Shown: one piece after another, positions 1 through 10,646 of the stretch
How the letters are laid out: each line of letters begins with the position of its first letter
Position numbering within the stretch: the stretch's first letter is position 1
Assembly: GCA_045221675.1 (NCBI GenBank)
Contig: JBGUWZ010000012.1
Coordinates: 15,278-79,277 of the forward strand
From: Lachnospiraceae bacterium
GTDB lineage: Bacteria > Bacillota > Clostridia > Lachnospirales > Lachnospiraceae
DNA: 64,000 bases
Direction of reading: 5' to 3'
Notes under the pieces: model-generated
What the model saw: only the letters and a program-made list of their open reading frames with translations
The model's database searches: none
Told to the model about the DNA's origin: nothing
Made by a program: the position numbers and the translations under genes

Positions 1-53
1 CCGGCATCATAAAAATGCCGCTTTTTTAACGAGGGCAAACGCCTGCCATATTA

Positions 54-1076
54 TTATTTCTCCCCAAGCCTGAGTCCCGGCACAGCGTTCAGGTCCCACC
101 CGCTTCTCGTTCCGGCCTCGTACTCGTGGAACGCGGCCGCTCCGATCATGACCGCATTATCCGTACAATAGACCGGCGACGGGATGAATAGTCTGAGACC
201 GTTCGCATCGCACATCTTACTCAGCCCTTCCCTGAGACCGCTGTTTGACGCGACACCGCCTGCCACCGCAACATTTTTAATACCGTAATCCTTTGCTGCC
301 TTAAGTGTATGTTCACATATGACGTCCACGACTGATTTCTGGAAGCTGGCCGCAAGATCCGCGCGGTTCACTTCCTCATGCTTCATCTCAGCCTGATTGA
401 GATAATTAAGCACTGCGCTCTTAAGTCCGCTGAAACTGAAGTCATACTCCGAGCCGTTCACTTTGGCCTTCGTGAACCGTACCGCGTTCGGATTCCCCTC
501 CTTCGATATCTTATCGATCTTAGGTCCGCCCGGATAACCGAGTCCGATTGCCCTGGCCACTTTGTCAAATGCCTCTCCCGCGGCATCATCGACCGTTCTT
601 CCCAGGATCCTGAATTTCGCCCAGTCCTCGACAATTACCAGGTGGGTGTGTCCGCCGGACACGATGAGTCCGAGGTAAGGGGGAACAAGATCCGGATGTT
701 CAATGTAATTGGCAGAAATATGCCCTTCGATGTGATGTACGCCTATGAGCGGTTTTTTTGCAGCCCACGCAATGGCTTTGGCTTCGGCTACGCCTACAAG
801 AAGCGCGCCTACAAGGCCGGGTCCGTAGGTCACCGCAATCGCGTCCGTATCTTTAAGTTCCATGCCCGCGTCGTCCAGAGCCTTCTGTATCACATAGTTG
901 ATTTTTTCTATATGCGCCCGGGACGCAAGCTCCGGCACGACGCCGCCATAGACCGTGTGCATATCGATCTGCGAGTAAATGACATTGGAAAGCACCTCTT
1001 TGCCGTCCCTTACAACAGCGGCGGCAGTTTCATCGCAGGAGCTCTCAATCGCCAGTATATCTATATGTCCGTCCAT
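54..1076 (-). CDS. tsaD: tRNA N6-threonylcarbamoyladenosine synthesis protein TsaD
   Basis: [15 protein letters not shown]-terminus, HHIEGH metal motif, GGVASN and CTDNAVMI motifs. Confidence 0.97.
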   Translation of the reverse strand: MDGHIDILAIESSCDETAAAVVRDGKEVLSNVIYSQIDMHTVYGGVVPELASRAHIEKINYVIQKALDDAGMELKDTDAIAVTYGPGLVGALLVGVAEAKAIAWAAKKPLIGVHHIEGHISANYIEHPDLVPPYLGLIVSGGHTHLVIVEDWAKFRILGRTVDDAAGEAFDKVARAIGLGYPGGPKIDKISKEGNPNAVRFTKAKVNGSEYDFSFSGLKSAVLNYLNQAEMKHEEVNRADLAASFQKSVVDVICEHTLKAAKDYGIKNVAVAGGVASNSGLREGLSKMCDANGLRLFIPSPVYCTDNAVMIGAAAFHEYEAGTRSGWDLNAVPGLRLGEK

Positions 1077-1085
1077 GAATCAGTC

Positions 1086-1997
1086 TCATTCCTCCTCAAA
1101 ATTCAGCGTTATCTCCTGCCCGTCTCGTGCCGCAGCGGCTCCGGGGAATATTTCTCTCACCGTATCCATATACAGGTCAGGCCTTACAAGCGACGGCGAA
1201 AAATGGGTAAGCCACATGCGCACAGGTCCGGCCTTCTTCGCTATCTCCGCCGCTTCCTGCATAGTCATATGCCTGTGTTCTCTGGCTTTTTTCTCCATGC
1301 CCGGCTCGCCGTACATGCCCTCACAGATGAAGAGATCCGCGCCTTTTGCATGTTCCACGATCGATTCCGTCGGTCTTGTATCGGTCGTATAGACGACTTT
1401 CAGACCCTTTCGCTCCGCGCCGAGCACCATATCGGGGGTAAAAACTCTCCCGTCGCTTTCGATCGTCTGCCCCTTCTGTAGAGGATTCCAAAACTTCAGA
1501 GGGATCCGGTTCTTTTTGGCACGCTCCGCATCGAACTTACCGCCCCTACGGATACTCACCTCATAACCGTAGCATGTAATATTGTGGTTCACCCTGAAAG
1601 CTGTGATATCCATCCCGTCTACATGGAATGTCTGCTCACTGCCCTCTATCTCGATAACCTCCAGATCGAACGGCAGTTCCGGCGCCAGTGTGCGCACGGC
1701 AGCTATCATCCTCGGCGTGCCCTTAGGGCCAATGATCGTGACCGGTTCCGTCCTGTCGGAATTTCCCATCGTCAGCAGAAATCCGGGAAGCCCCGCAATG
1801 TGATCAGCATGAAAGTGGGTAAGCAGGATCGTGTTAATCGGCTTGAACGACCATCCCTTCTCCCTCAGAGCGATCTGAGTTCCCTCACCGCAATCGATGA
1901 GCAGGCTTGCTCCGTTATATCGCATGAGACAGGATGTGACCCACCTTTTAGGAAGGGGCATCATCCCACCTGTTCCAAGTAAACTGACATCCAGCAT
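1086..1997 (-). CDS. rnz: Ribonuclease Z
   Basis: LLGTGG start, DCGEGTQ, THFHADH metallo-beta-lactamase motif, LTHFS. Confidence 0.93.
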   Translation of the reverse strand: MLDVSLLGTGGMMPLPKRWVTSCLMRYNGASLLIDCGEGTQIALREKGWSFKPINTILLTHFHADHIAGLPGFLLTMGNSDRTEPVTIIGPKGTPRMIAAVRTLAPELPFDLEVIEIEGSEQTFHVDGMDITAFRVNHNITCYGYEVSIRRGGKFDAERAKKNRIPLKFWNPLQKGQTIESDGRVFTPDMVLGAERKGLKVVYTTDTRPTESIVEHAKGADLFICEGMYGEPGMEKKAREHRHMTMQEAAEIAKKAGPVRMWLTHFSPSLVRPDLYMDTVREIFPGAAAARDGQEITLNFEEE

Positions 1998-2010
1998 TCA
2001 AATCTCCATT

Positions 2011-2511
2011 TCAAAGCATCTGAGGTCCCTGCCTTACTGTCATAGTGACAGCATTTTCAACAGGTGCCGTATAATAGTTTTTTCTGATCCCGTCTCTGAC
2101 AAATCCAAGCTTTTCATACAAATGGATGGCGGCGGCGTTCGATTCCCTTACTTCCAGGTGTATATCCGTCACCCCGTATTTCTTCGCTCTCTCGAGTATT
2201 TCTCTCATGAGCCGGGTACCTAATCCGCGATTCCTCACTTTCGCGCTCACCGTGATATTCAGCACATCCGCCTCATAGGGCACCATGAGAAGTCCGACGT
2301 AACCATAGATCTCCGGCCAGAAAAAATTCTCCTCATCTGTCGCATCCGGGTCGAAATCCTCCGGAAACTCATCCGACGCCACAAGAAAGAGGGCATCCTC
2401 CCTGAGCAGATATGTGAGCAGTCCGTTCTCATCCCAGGGAGTCAGAGAGTAGGCGCGCTCAAGCTCGGCTACCGGAGAGATATCATCGAATCTCATTTCC
2501 CTGATGATCAT
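2011..2511 (-). CDS. rimI: Ribosomal-protein-alanine N-acetyltransferase (GNAT) with an acidic insertion
   Basis: RNRGLG acetyl-CoA motif, LEVRESNAAAIHLYEKLGF, RKNYY; sits in tsa operon. Confidence 0.88.
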   Translation of the reverse strand: MIIREMRFDDISPVAELERAYSLTPWDENGLLTYLLREDALFLVASDEFPEDFDPDATDEENFFWPEIYGYVGLLMVPYEADVLNITVSAKVRNRGLGTRLMREILERAKKYGVTDIHLEVRESNAAAIHLYEKLGFVRDGIRKNYYTAPVENAVTMTVRQGPQML

Positions 2512-3236
2512 ACAGAATCCTTTCCTGCCATCCTTCGCTCACGCTCCTGCTCAGCCTGAGATTTGCGCAGGTAGATAGGTGCGTGCTCCTCTGCCTTCAC
2601 ATATCGGCCTTCCGAGTAAAGTACGAGCGCGAGAGCACCGACCGAAGCGGCTTTCTGTCTCCCGACGTGGGCAGGCGCATATATATACGGAACCGACAGC
2701 CTTTCACTCTCCTCGGCAATGACCGGCACTCCGTCACCCAAAAAGATCACCCCGTCCTTTGTCAGTTCCGGATCCATCGCGCAAAGCTCATCAATCAGAT
2801 CCGCTGCCGCTATCGGCCGCTGATCCTTAAGTGTCACGAGCTTGTGATCTTCAAATCTGTATACTCCGTTATAGACCTGTTTCCTTCGCGCGTCCATGCA
2901 CGGAACTATAAGTCCTTTAGCGTCAAACAGATTATAAGCAAGACCCGCCAGCGTGGGCACCTCGATGATTGGAATGCCGAGCGCAAGCCCGAGTCCTTTG
3001 GCTGTCGCCGAACCGATGCGAAGTCCGGTGAAAGAACCGGGGCCCGCAGCTACTGCCACCGCGTCCACCTCGCCAAGATCAAGGTTTATCATGTTCGATA
3101 TCTCATCGAGCATGGGCAGCAGGGTCTGGCTGTGGGTCTTTTTATAGTTGACCGTGTACTCTGCCAGTAGTTCATTATCAGAAAGAACAGCTGCCGAGGC
3201 GACAAGCCCTGAGCTGTCCAGTGCAATCAGTTTCAT
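2508..3236 (-). CDS. tsaB: tRNA threonylcarbamoyladenosine protein TsaB
   Basis: LIALDSS, THSQTLLP, GPGSFTGLRIG, MDARR motifs. Confidence 0.96.
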   Translation of the reverse strand: MKLIALDSSGLVASAAVLSDNELLAEYTVNYKKTHSQTLLPMLDEISNMINLDLGEVDAVAVAAGPGSFTGLRIGSATAKGLGLALGIPIIEVPTLAGLAYNLFDAKGLIVPCMDARRKQVYNGVYRFEDHKLVTLKDQRPIAAADLIDELCAMDPELTKDGVIFLGDGVPVIAEESERLSVPYIYAPAHVGRQKAASVGALALVLYSEGRYVKAEEHAPIYLRKSQAEQERERRMAGKDSV

Positions 3237-3267
3237 TGTGTCTCCTTCTTTCTTGCCAAATCCCTAC

Positions 3268-3690
3268 TCACTCAAAAGTGATACGTCTCATGTCCGGGCC
3301 TCTGCTCAGATCTTTCTCTATCCTGATATGAATCGTGTTTTCCGGCATGAGCTCCTCGATAAATTCCGCCCACTCGACGATGGTCACCCCTCCGCCGAAG
3401 AAGCAGTCGTCGTAGCCGATCTCCTCCATCTCGTCGATGTCGGAAATGCGGTAGACGTCAAAGTGATAGAACGGAAGCCGCCCTCCCTGATAGCTCTGTA
3501 CAATGGTAAAAGTCGGACTTGTCACAGGTTCTGTGATTCCGAGCCCCGCTGCCACTCCTTTTGTAAATACAGTCTTCCCGACGCCCAGATCTCCGCTGAG
3601 CGCGTAAACTGTGTTCGGCACTGCTGTCTCGCCTGTCCTTATGCCGAGGGCGTAAGTCTCCTCCTCACTGAAAGTCTCATAAACCTGCAT
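3268..3690 (-). CDS. tsaE: tRNA threonylcarbamoyladenosine ATPase TsaE
   Basis: GDLGVGKT P-loop, VTSPTFTI, HFDVYR, VEWA. Confidence 0.96.
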   Translation of the reverse strand: MQVYETFSEEETYALGIRTGETAVPNTVYALSGDLGVGKTVFTKGVAAGLGITEPVTSPTFTIVQSYQGGRLPFYHFDVYRISDIDEMEEIGYDDCFFGGGVTIVEWAEFIEELMPENTIHIRIEKDLSRGPDMRRITFE

Positions 3691-3989
3691 GTTGTTCCTC
3701 CTGTGTGTCCGGGTCCTTATGGCCCGTCCGCTTTCCGTCCTGATCTGAAACCGCGGGATCTGCTCCGGTATTTTTCAGATACAGTGCGGTGTGCATACGG
3801 AATCTAAGTATACCACGAGTTTTCCTTTTTGCAAACACATGCGTTTTTGATCTCTCGGTCAGATCTGCAGCGCTTTTCTCACGAAGGCAGGCGCATTGCT
3901 TCCGGGAGCGGGGTGACCAGGCAGCCAGTCGAACTGTTTCATCAGCGTATGAAGTACCACAGATCGCCACTCGCAGACTTAACCGCCTC

Positions 3990-4018
3990 TTGAACTGAGA
4001 CGCTTCTTTTCGTATAAT
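3990..4018 (+). promoter_or_regulatory. sigma-A-type promoter for the cyclophilin gene
   Basis: TTGAAC-17 bp-TATAAT about 80 bp before the ATG. Confidence 0.7.
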
Positions 4019-4097
4019 AGCATGCGTCAGGCGTGCGCTTACGACCGCAGGCCTCGCAATTATCTATCGAAGCATTAATTGAAAAGGAGAAATACTA

Positions 4098-4616
4098 ATG
4101 GCATATCCGATCGTAACCATGACTATGGCAGACGGCAGCGTAATGAAGGCGGAACTCTACCCGGAAATTGCGCCGAATACAGTAAATAACTTTATCAGTC
4201 TCATAAACGCCGGATTCTACAACGGACTCATCTTCCATCGCGTCATCAATGGTTTCATGATTCAGGGCGGATGCCCGAACGGCACCGGCATGGGTGGTCC
4301 GGGTTACACGATCCCCGGCGAATTCGCGATGAACGGTTTTCAGAATACATTAAAGCACACGGCAGGTGTCCTCTCCATGGCGCGCGCCCAGCACCCGGAC
4401 TCTGCAGGCAGCCAGTTTTTCATCATGCACAAGGATGCTCCCTACCTTGACGGTCAGTACGCCGCTTTCGGCAAGATCACTGAGGGCATGGACGTTGTCA
4501 ACAAGATCGCTTCTGTCCGCACCAACTTTGCTGACAAGCCGCTTAAGCCCCAGGTCATTTCCAGCATGACTGTCGACACACAGGGTAAGGACTACCCGGA
4601 ACCGAATAAGGCCTGA
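4098..4616 (+). CDS. ppiB: Cyclophilin-type peptidyl-prolyl cis-trans isomerase
   Basis: FHRVINGFMIQGG, LSMAR, AGSQFFI, LDGQYAAFG; strong RBS. Confidence 0.93.
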   Translation: MAYPIVTMTMADGSVMKAELYPEIAPNTVNNFISLINAGFYNGLIFHRVINGFMIQGGCPNGTGMGGPGYTIPGEFAMNGFQNTLKHTAGVLSMARAQHPDSAGSQFFIMHKDAPYLDGQYAAFGKITEGMDVVNKIASVRTNFADKPLKPQVISSMTVDTQGKDYPEPNKA

Positions 4617-4639
4617 GCATAACACCGGAGAAGGTTATT

Positions 4640-4661
4640 GAGCTGTCACTCGTGACAGCTC
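4640..4661. terminator. Hairpin between convergent ppiB and yigZ
   Basis: GAGCTGTCAC-TC-GTGACAGCTC with A/T-rich flanks. Confidence 0.65.
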
Positions 4662-5296
4662 TTATTTATTGTATACTCCTTCTCGTTCTCCTCGAGAAAT
4701 TCTGCCTTTCCGTCTGTGTTCTCAACGACCAGCTTTCGGATCCTCTGAACATCCTGTCTCGGAACTAACTGATGCATGATAACGTCCTGGCCATATTCGA
4801 TCTCACAGGCCGGAAGCTTCTCCCTGGCAAAAACATACTGAAGCTTGCCCGCCTGGGGATAGGTCACCCGTATCACAAGCTCTGACCCGCGTATGACTTC
4901 TATGATCTCCGCATTCTCCAGCGCCGCCTTTACCGCCGCTGTGTAAGCGCGCACAAGACCGCCGGTGCCCAGCAGAGTACCGCCGAAATACCTCGTCACC
5001 ACGCAGGCTGTGAAGTGCAGCCCGGCACCGGAAAGAACCTCCAGCATCGGCTTTCCGGCAGTCCCGCCGGGTTCCCCGTCATCATTTGACCTCACGATTT
5101 CCTCGGGCGTTCCCGGAGTACCCACGACGCAGGCAAAGCAGTTGTGTCTTGCGTCATAATATTTTTTTCTGGCTGCCGCAAGGTAGGATTCAGCCTCCTC
5201 CAGAGTTTCCGCATGGTATACTGCACCGATAAATCTGGATTTTTTCTCTACATATTCTCCCTGTCCGCTTGTTCGAACTGTCTTATAACTGTCCAT
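4646..5296 (-). CDS. yigZ: YigZ/IMPACT family protein
   Basis: EKKSRFI, ARHNCFA, DDGEPGGTAG, VTRYFGGTLLGTGGLVRAY. Confidence 0.92.
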   Translation of the reverse strand: MDSYKTVRTSGQGEYVEKKSRFIGAVYHAETLEEAESYLAAARKKYYDARHNCFACVVGTPGTPEEIVRSNDDGEPGGTAGKPMLEVLSGAGLHFTACVVTRYFGGTLLGTGGLVRAYTAAVKAALENAEIIEVIRGSELVIRVTYPQAGKLQYVFAREKLPACEIEYGQDVIMHQLVPRQDVQRIRKLVVENTDGKAEFLEENEKEYTINKSCHE

Positions 5297-5426
5297 AAAT
5301 CCCCATTCTAAATTATTCGAGGCGCTCTCGCAAAGCGCGCTTTTGTCGTTCGGATCTGCATATAGTCATTTTCTGTCACGTTAGCCCGCCTGCGTGCTGC
5401 CATTTTCCGCCACATAAGAATCTGCT

Positions 5427-7367
5427 TTACATACCGTCATCTTCTGTCACGACCGGTCCGGTATCCGCGCCGTGGAAGAAATCATATACGCTCCGGGCAG
5501 ATTTCGCGTTCATAGACGGTGCGTGAAGCAGCTCCTCATAAGAGGCGTCGCGAATCCTCTCCGCAGTCTTGAACGCGCGGAGAAGAGCCTTTCTCCTCGT
5601 CGGCCCGATGCCTTCAATTTCATCAAGGACAGAACGGACCTGCCCCTTGCTGCGCAGCTGCCTGTGATACTCGATGGCAAATCGATGGACTTCGTCCTGG
5701 ATCCTCGTGAGCAACTTGAATCCCTCAGAGTCTCTCGCAATCGGGATCTCCCGATCATTGAAATACAATCCTCGCGTCCTGTGGTAATCATCCTTTACCA
5801 TACCGGCTACCGGTATATCAAAACCGACCCTCTCAAGGACCGCAAGAGCGGTATGGACCTGTCCTTTTCCGCCGTCCATCAGAATGATGTCGGGCAGATC
5901 TGTGAACCCTTCCGAGCCCTCTCTGGCTCTCATGAACCGCCTGGTGAGGACCTCATCCATACTGGCATAATCATCCGGTCCGACGACCCATTTGATCTTG
6001 AACTTTCTGTAGTCGTTCTTCCTGGGTTTCCCCTTCACGTACACGACCATGGATCCGACAGAGTCAAATCCGCTGATGTTGGAAATATCATAGGATTCAA
6101 TGCGGTCTGCTCTCTCAAGTCCGAGAAGAGCGGCGATCTCTTTCACCGCGCCGATTGTCCTCAGTTCCTCCCGCTTCAGTCTCTCCCTGTCCCGGGACAG
6201 TACCATCTCCGCGTTCTCATGGGCAAGGGCAACAAGCTTCTCCTTCATGCCTTTCTGTGGGATTCGGATTTTAACTTTGGATCCCCGCTTGCCGGAGAGC
6301 CACTCAGAGAGCAGCTCTCGATCCGGAATATCATATTCGAGCATAAGCTCCTTCGGGACGAACGGAGTTCCTGAATAATACTGTGAAATAAAACTTGCGA
6401 TCACACAGGCCGGATCGTCGGTATCATCCGCTGTCAGGAAAAAATGTTCCCTGCCTATCAGCTTGCCCTCACGGACAAAAAAGACCTGCACGACAGCGTT
6501 CCTGGTTCCTGTGAGATCAGGACTGATATTGGCCTCATCAGTGAGTACCAGCCCTGCCTGCTCCGGAGTGTCCATCGCGATTGCGATGATGTCTCTGTCA
6601 TCCCCGTCGGAGCCGGTTATCTTCTGACGCTCGCCGATCTGTCTTATACTCTCGATAAGGTCCCGTATTTCCGCCGCCTCCTCATATCTCATTTCCATCG
6701 AGGCTGCCATCATTTTTTCAGTCAGGCAGTCAATTTCCTCCTGATAATGTCCCTTGAGAAAATTCAGCATCCGCTTTATATTTTCTCCGTAAGCCTCCCG
6801 GGTGATATATCCCTGGCACGGTGCGGGGCACTGACCGATATGGTAATAGAGACACGGTCTGTCCTTTCCGATATCCTGCGGCAATTTTTTAGAGCATGTC
6901 CGTATGTGATAAAGCTTCCGAAGAAGCTCTATAATGTCTCTGACCGCTGTCGAGTTCGTGTAAGGTCCGAAGTATCTTGAGGTATCCTTTTTCATGCTTC
7001 TGGCGATCATTATGCGCGGAAAGTCCTCGCCCGCAGTCACCTTAATGTACGGATAACTCTTGTCATCCTTCAACATAGTGTTATATTTCGGTCTGTGTTC
7101 TTTTATGAGATTGGATTCGAGGACAAGTGCCTCAAGTTCGCTCGACGTGACTATATATTCAAAGCGCTCGATATTCTTCACCATACGTGCGATCTTCGGG
7201 CTCTTTTTATAGCCTGTCTGAAAATACTGACGCACACGGTTCTTAAGGCTCACAGCCTTTCCGACGTAGATAATATCGTCGTGCACGTCATGCATGATAT
7301 AGACTCCGGGACTCCCGGGCAGCTTTTTCAGTTCTTCCTCTATGTTAAAATCTCTGTTCTCGCTCAT
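5427..7367 (-). CDS. uvrC: Excinuclease ABC subunit C
   Basis: GIY-YIG domain (PGVY...IYVGKA), YDISN, DGGKGQ, C-terminal HhH. Confidence 0.97.
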   Translation of the reverse strand: MSENRDFNIEEELKKLPGSPGVYIMHDVHDDIIYVGKAVSLKNRVRQYFQTGYKKSPKIARMVKNIERFEYIVTSSELEALVLESNLIKEHRPKYNTMLKDDKSYPYIKVTAGEDFPRIMIARSMKKDTSRYFGPYTNSTAVRDIIELLRKLYHIRTCSKKLPQDIGKDRPCLYYHIGQCPAPCQGYITREAYGENIKRMLNFLKGHYQEEIDCLTEKMMAASMEMRYEEAAEIRDLIESIRQIGERQKITGSDGDDRDIIAIAMDTPEQAGLVLTDEANISPDLTGTRNAVVQVFFVREGKLIGREHFFLTADDTDDPACVIASFISQYYSGTPFVPKELMLEYDIPDRELLSEWLSGKRGSKVKIRIPQKGMKEKLVALAHENAEMVLSRDRERLKREELRTIGAVKEIAALLGLERADRIESYDISNISGFDSVGSMVVYVKGKPRKNDYRKFKIKWVVGPDDYASMDEVLTRRFMRAREGSEGFTDLPDIILMDGGKGQVHTALAVLERVGFDIPVAGMVKDDYHRTRGLYFNDREIPIARDSEGFKLLTRIQDEVHRFAIEYHRQLRSKGQVRSVLDEIEGIGPTRRKALLRAFKTAERIRDASYEELLHAPSMNAKSARSVYDFFHGADTGPVVTEDDGM

Positions 7368-7523
7368 TCTTCAGCCTGTCGGCATCCTGTACCTTCTCTT
7401 TTATATTTTCCATCTAATGTCTCAGTCGCATGACATAGAAAGGCATTAGTTCCAGTATTCCGATTATAACACGCAGACTGCACAGTCGCAATTCGCGCGT
7501 AAACACTGCATCACACAAGATAA

Positions 7524-7547
7524 GGGGCTGCTTTCTGAGACAGCCCC
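7524..7547 (-). terminator. Hairpin downstream of the C1 peptidase gene
   Basis: GGGGCTG-N10-CAGCCCC. Confidence 0.5.
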
Positions 7548-7579
7548 GATAATTCCTGAAAGTGTTCAATTTTATCTCA

Positions 7580-10075
7580 TTATTTTCTCAAATTATAAAG
7601 GAATTTTATGATCTGGCCGCGTGTACAATACTTATTGACCCCGAACGTACCGTCAGAAAATCCCTTGGTGATTCCTCTCTGATATCCGTAAAGAATCGCC
7701 TTGTAGTATGCATGCTGCTTTGAAACGTCACTGAACGGCGAGACAGCTGACGTCTTAGGCGCCGGTTTTCCCAGATATTTCCATATGAACATCATGATAT
7801 GACCTCTCGTGCACGTCGCGTTCATGCGAAAAGTCCCATCGCTGTAGCCCCCCGCAATACCCTTCTGGTACGCCCACAATATGGGCTTGTAGAACGGACC
7901 CGACTTCGGTACATCCCGGAAAGAGAGCTCCGGTGTCCGCTTCGGCTCCGGTTTTCCAGCAAAGCACCACAGAAAACGTATCGCTTCCCCCCTGGTACAG
8001 GTCCTGTTTATACCAAACGTCCCGTCACTGTAGCCTCCGGCGATACCTTTGTCCGCAGCCCAGTAAATTGCCTCGTAATATGGGTGACTGGGATCCAGTA
8101 CATCTGAAAAGACTTTTCTCGCCGCCTTCGCGGTGCCGAGAGTCCTCGTCGCCGCACGTATCCGCAGCACCTCACCGTCACCTTCCTCTGCCAGGTCCAT
8201 CCATCTGCCCCCGGGCTTTCTCACAAGACTTCTGCAGTAAAGGTTATCCGTTTCGAACAGCACGTCACCGACCAGCTGCCGTCTCTGGGCGGAAAACGAC
8301 TCAGTTCTGCTGCCTGCGTTTTCCACAACGATCGAATACCAGCTGCCCGCGCTCACAACAACTTCCTTCTGCAGACTGAAGGTGTTAAGCCCTGCTCCGC
8401 TCATCTGCACAGTCTGGCTTACTGCCCTTCTACCGCTCGTCGGATCATCCGTGTCCAGAAGATCGGTAAATATCGTAACTTTATATCTGGCATTGCCGGT
8501 CCATGAGCACAGCGAGATCTCTCCGATGGCTTCACCAAGGCCGGCTCCGGCCTTGACTTCGAAGACATTTGCACCGGCTGTCATATTCTCGCCGGTCACT
8601 CCGGAAACAGGGTCAAGGCAGCATGAATTGCCCACCATTGCAAGTCCGTCATAGAAATAAAGATTGGGATATTTTCTCTGCGAAGTCTTCACTGCCGATA
8701 CAGACACACATCCGAGCATCGTCGCATTTTCATAGGATATATAGAAATACCCGTTGTCGCCCCAGTCCTCTCCCCAGGAGTTCTTGACGATCCACGCTCC
8801 GTTCTTTTTCGGTCTGCCTGCGCTGCCGCCGAATTTGGATACCGCAAATGAATCATTCCAGCCCACCAGCGTGACCACATGATTGGTCCTCCTGTTAGCC
8901 GGATCATAGTACGCGTTCGTAGTCAGGTTCCTTGACGTGTTAGCGTAGTACATGGAGACGGAGACTGCCCCGTTTTCCATGATTTCTTTTTTCACTTTGT
9001 CAACACTGTAATCAAATGTCTCGTAACTCTCAATTCCGGCATAGGAAAGATATGCCTTATTCTTTGAAGGCACCGAGGGCGACTCCCTGTAATACACGTT
9101 CCCTTTCGAGTCAACATGCCTTGTGAGGTAAAACGGAACGTCGGCTTCTTTCGCTATTCCCTGGCCGGTACTGAGCTCCTGAAGAAGATAGATCGGGCTG
9201 CCGGACGCATATCTGTAAGCCGTCGCCGCATCGGAGTCCTGATAAATCATCCTCATGTCCCCGGTATTCCGAAGAGGGTCGTTCTGTCTGTTGAAATAAA
9301 AATATGCCAGCTGCTCTTCGGACAGGTCAAGTGTATTCTTATTTTCACCGGAATATCTTTGAAGGAGTGATGTCTCCAGAATAGCTGCCGCGGAAAAGGC
9401 CCAGCAGAGACCGGAGTTTCCCTGATCTCTGACCGGTGTAAGCTGCGAAGTGATGTAGGAAGACGGGATACCGGCTCCGACAAGTTCCTCCTCTTCTATC
9501 TGATTTCCTTCGCTGGGAGCAGGAGCATCGAATTCCTTAAGGCTCTCATAGTATCTGGCATATCGCTCTTCATCCAGCTCGTATACGCCGGACATTTCCG
9601 TGTTCTCCGCGTCACGGTGGTCAGCTGCGGGCTGCATCTCTTCACCGGCTCCCGGCACCGGGGTCTCTTCTCCGCTGACATAAGGCGCCGACGAATCTTC
9701 CCGGAAATCTTCCGGTACCGGCTCCCCGTCCCAGCTCTCTGATGCCATCTGCTCCTCATACATCTCTTCTTCTGCCGGCCGCTCTTCATAACGATCCTCT
9801 GCTGTCGACCGCGCTTCATCCCGGTCATAATGGGCCGAGTATACCTCACTGCCGACTCCGGGTAAAGGCTGCTCCGCTTCAGCCTCCGTGATTTCACACG
9901 GAACGTCCGACGGCGTTTCGGCATCAACCTCTTCCCAATTTGCCTGATTCGCATACGATAGAGATGCACTTTCCTCACCATAATACTGTTCGCCCATGAC
10001 GGGAGACACAGTCATAGTCAGCATCACGCTGATAGCCGTAAGTATTAACATAAAGCGTTTTAACACCTTACACAT
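7580..10075 (-). CDS. Secreted papain-like (C1A) cysteine peptidase with lectin-like domain and three SLH repeats
   Basis: Signal peptide, acidic linker, QGNSGLCWAF, NHVVTLVGW and KNSWG catalytic motifs, GYSDGTF-type SLH repeats; start placed after AAGGAG. Confidence 0.88.
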   Translation of the reverse strand: MCKVLKRFMLILTAISVMLTMTVSPVMGEQYYGEESASLSYANQANWEEVDAETPSDVPCEITEAEAEQPLPGVGSEVYSAHYDRDEARSTAEDRYEERPAEEEMYEEQMASESWDGEPVPEDFREDSSAPYVSGEETPVPGAGEEMQPAADHRDAENTEMSGVYELDEERYARYYESLKEFDAPAPSEGNQIEEEELVGAGIPSSYITSQLTPVRDQGNSGLCWAFSAAAILETSLLQRYSGENKNTLDLSEEQLAYFYFNRQNDPLRNTGDMRMIYQDSDAATAYRYASGSPIYLLQELSTGQGIAKEADVPFYLTRHVDSKGNVYYRESPSVPSKNKAYLSYAGIESYETFDYSVDKVKKEIMENGAVSVSMYYANTSRNLTTNAYYDPANRRTNHVVTLVGWNDSFAVSKFGGSAGRPKKNGAWIVKNSWGEDWGDNGYFYISYENATMLGCVSVSAVKTSQRKYPNLYFYDGLAMVGNSCCLDPVSGVTGENMTAGANVFEVKAGAGLGEAIGEISLCSWTGNARYKVTIFTDLLDTDDPTSGRRAVSQTVQMSGAGLNTFSLQKEVVVSAGSWYSIVVENAGSRTESFSAQRRQLVGDVLFETDNLYCRSLVRKPGGRWMDLAEEGDGEVLRIRAATRTLGTAKAARKVFSDVLDPSHPYYEAIYWAADKGIAGGYSDGTFGINRTCTRGEAIRFLWCFAGKPEPKRTPELSFRDVPKSGPFYKPILWAYQKGIAGGYSDGTFRMNATCTRGHIMMFIWKYLGKPAPKTSAVSPFSDVSKQHAYYKAILYGYQRGITKGFSDGTFGVNKYCTRGQIIKFLYNLRK

Positions 10076-10250
10076 GGCCGCATCTCCTTTAAAGAATAAA
10101 AATGTATGCACGTTCCAAAACTACATATGGACATAATGCATACCGACAAGTTCTATATATAGATATATATTACCATAAATTTTCAGATTTTTATATAGGA
10201 ACATGCATATTTAATAATCATGTAACACTCTTCACACTTATTTTACAGAT

Positions 10251-10505
10251 TATATCTCAGTGTGAGATGACCCCCACCTTTAGGCGGTGGGTAACAAACC
10301 AGTCTCAGCGGCGGGTGTCAATCCCCCACTGAGATATACGCTCCGCGAGGGCGCACTTGGTGCCCTGTGGGTAGAACGTCCGGCGGAAGTTCGCTTTTAC
10401 CCGCCGGGCACGTAGGCGCCGACCGTAGCGAAACGACGACCGCAGGGATTCGGTTTGGAAGATGTCAGCTGACGCTGACCTGCGTTCCTCCTTGAGGCAA
10501 CTACG
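10251..10505. other. Multi-hairpin intergenic element with an IS200/IS605-end-like palindrome
   Basis: TATATCTCAGTG...CACTGAGATATA outer inverted repeat, CCCCCACCTTTAGGCGGTGGG hairpin, more GC-rich stems; partial second copy at 22651-22692. Confidence 0.5.
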
Positions 10506-10646
10506 ATATTGTTTAATCCATCCCCGTGTGATAAACTAAATTATATAGCGGATATTCGGTTCGGATTGTGTCTGCCGGCACTGACCCGAATGCCGCACCG
10601 GGTCTTATTTATGAGACATGAGAATAAAAAGAAAAGAGGGTTCATA

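Noticed and set aside
10262-10340. TPP riboswitch suggested by GGGG...GCTGAGA...ACCC on the minus strand
   Set aside because: The 3' half (ACCTGA...GCGNAGGGA) is missing and the downstream gene is a peptidase
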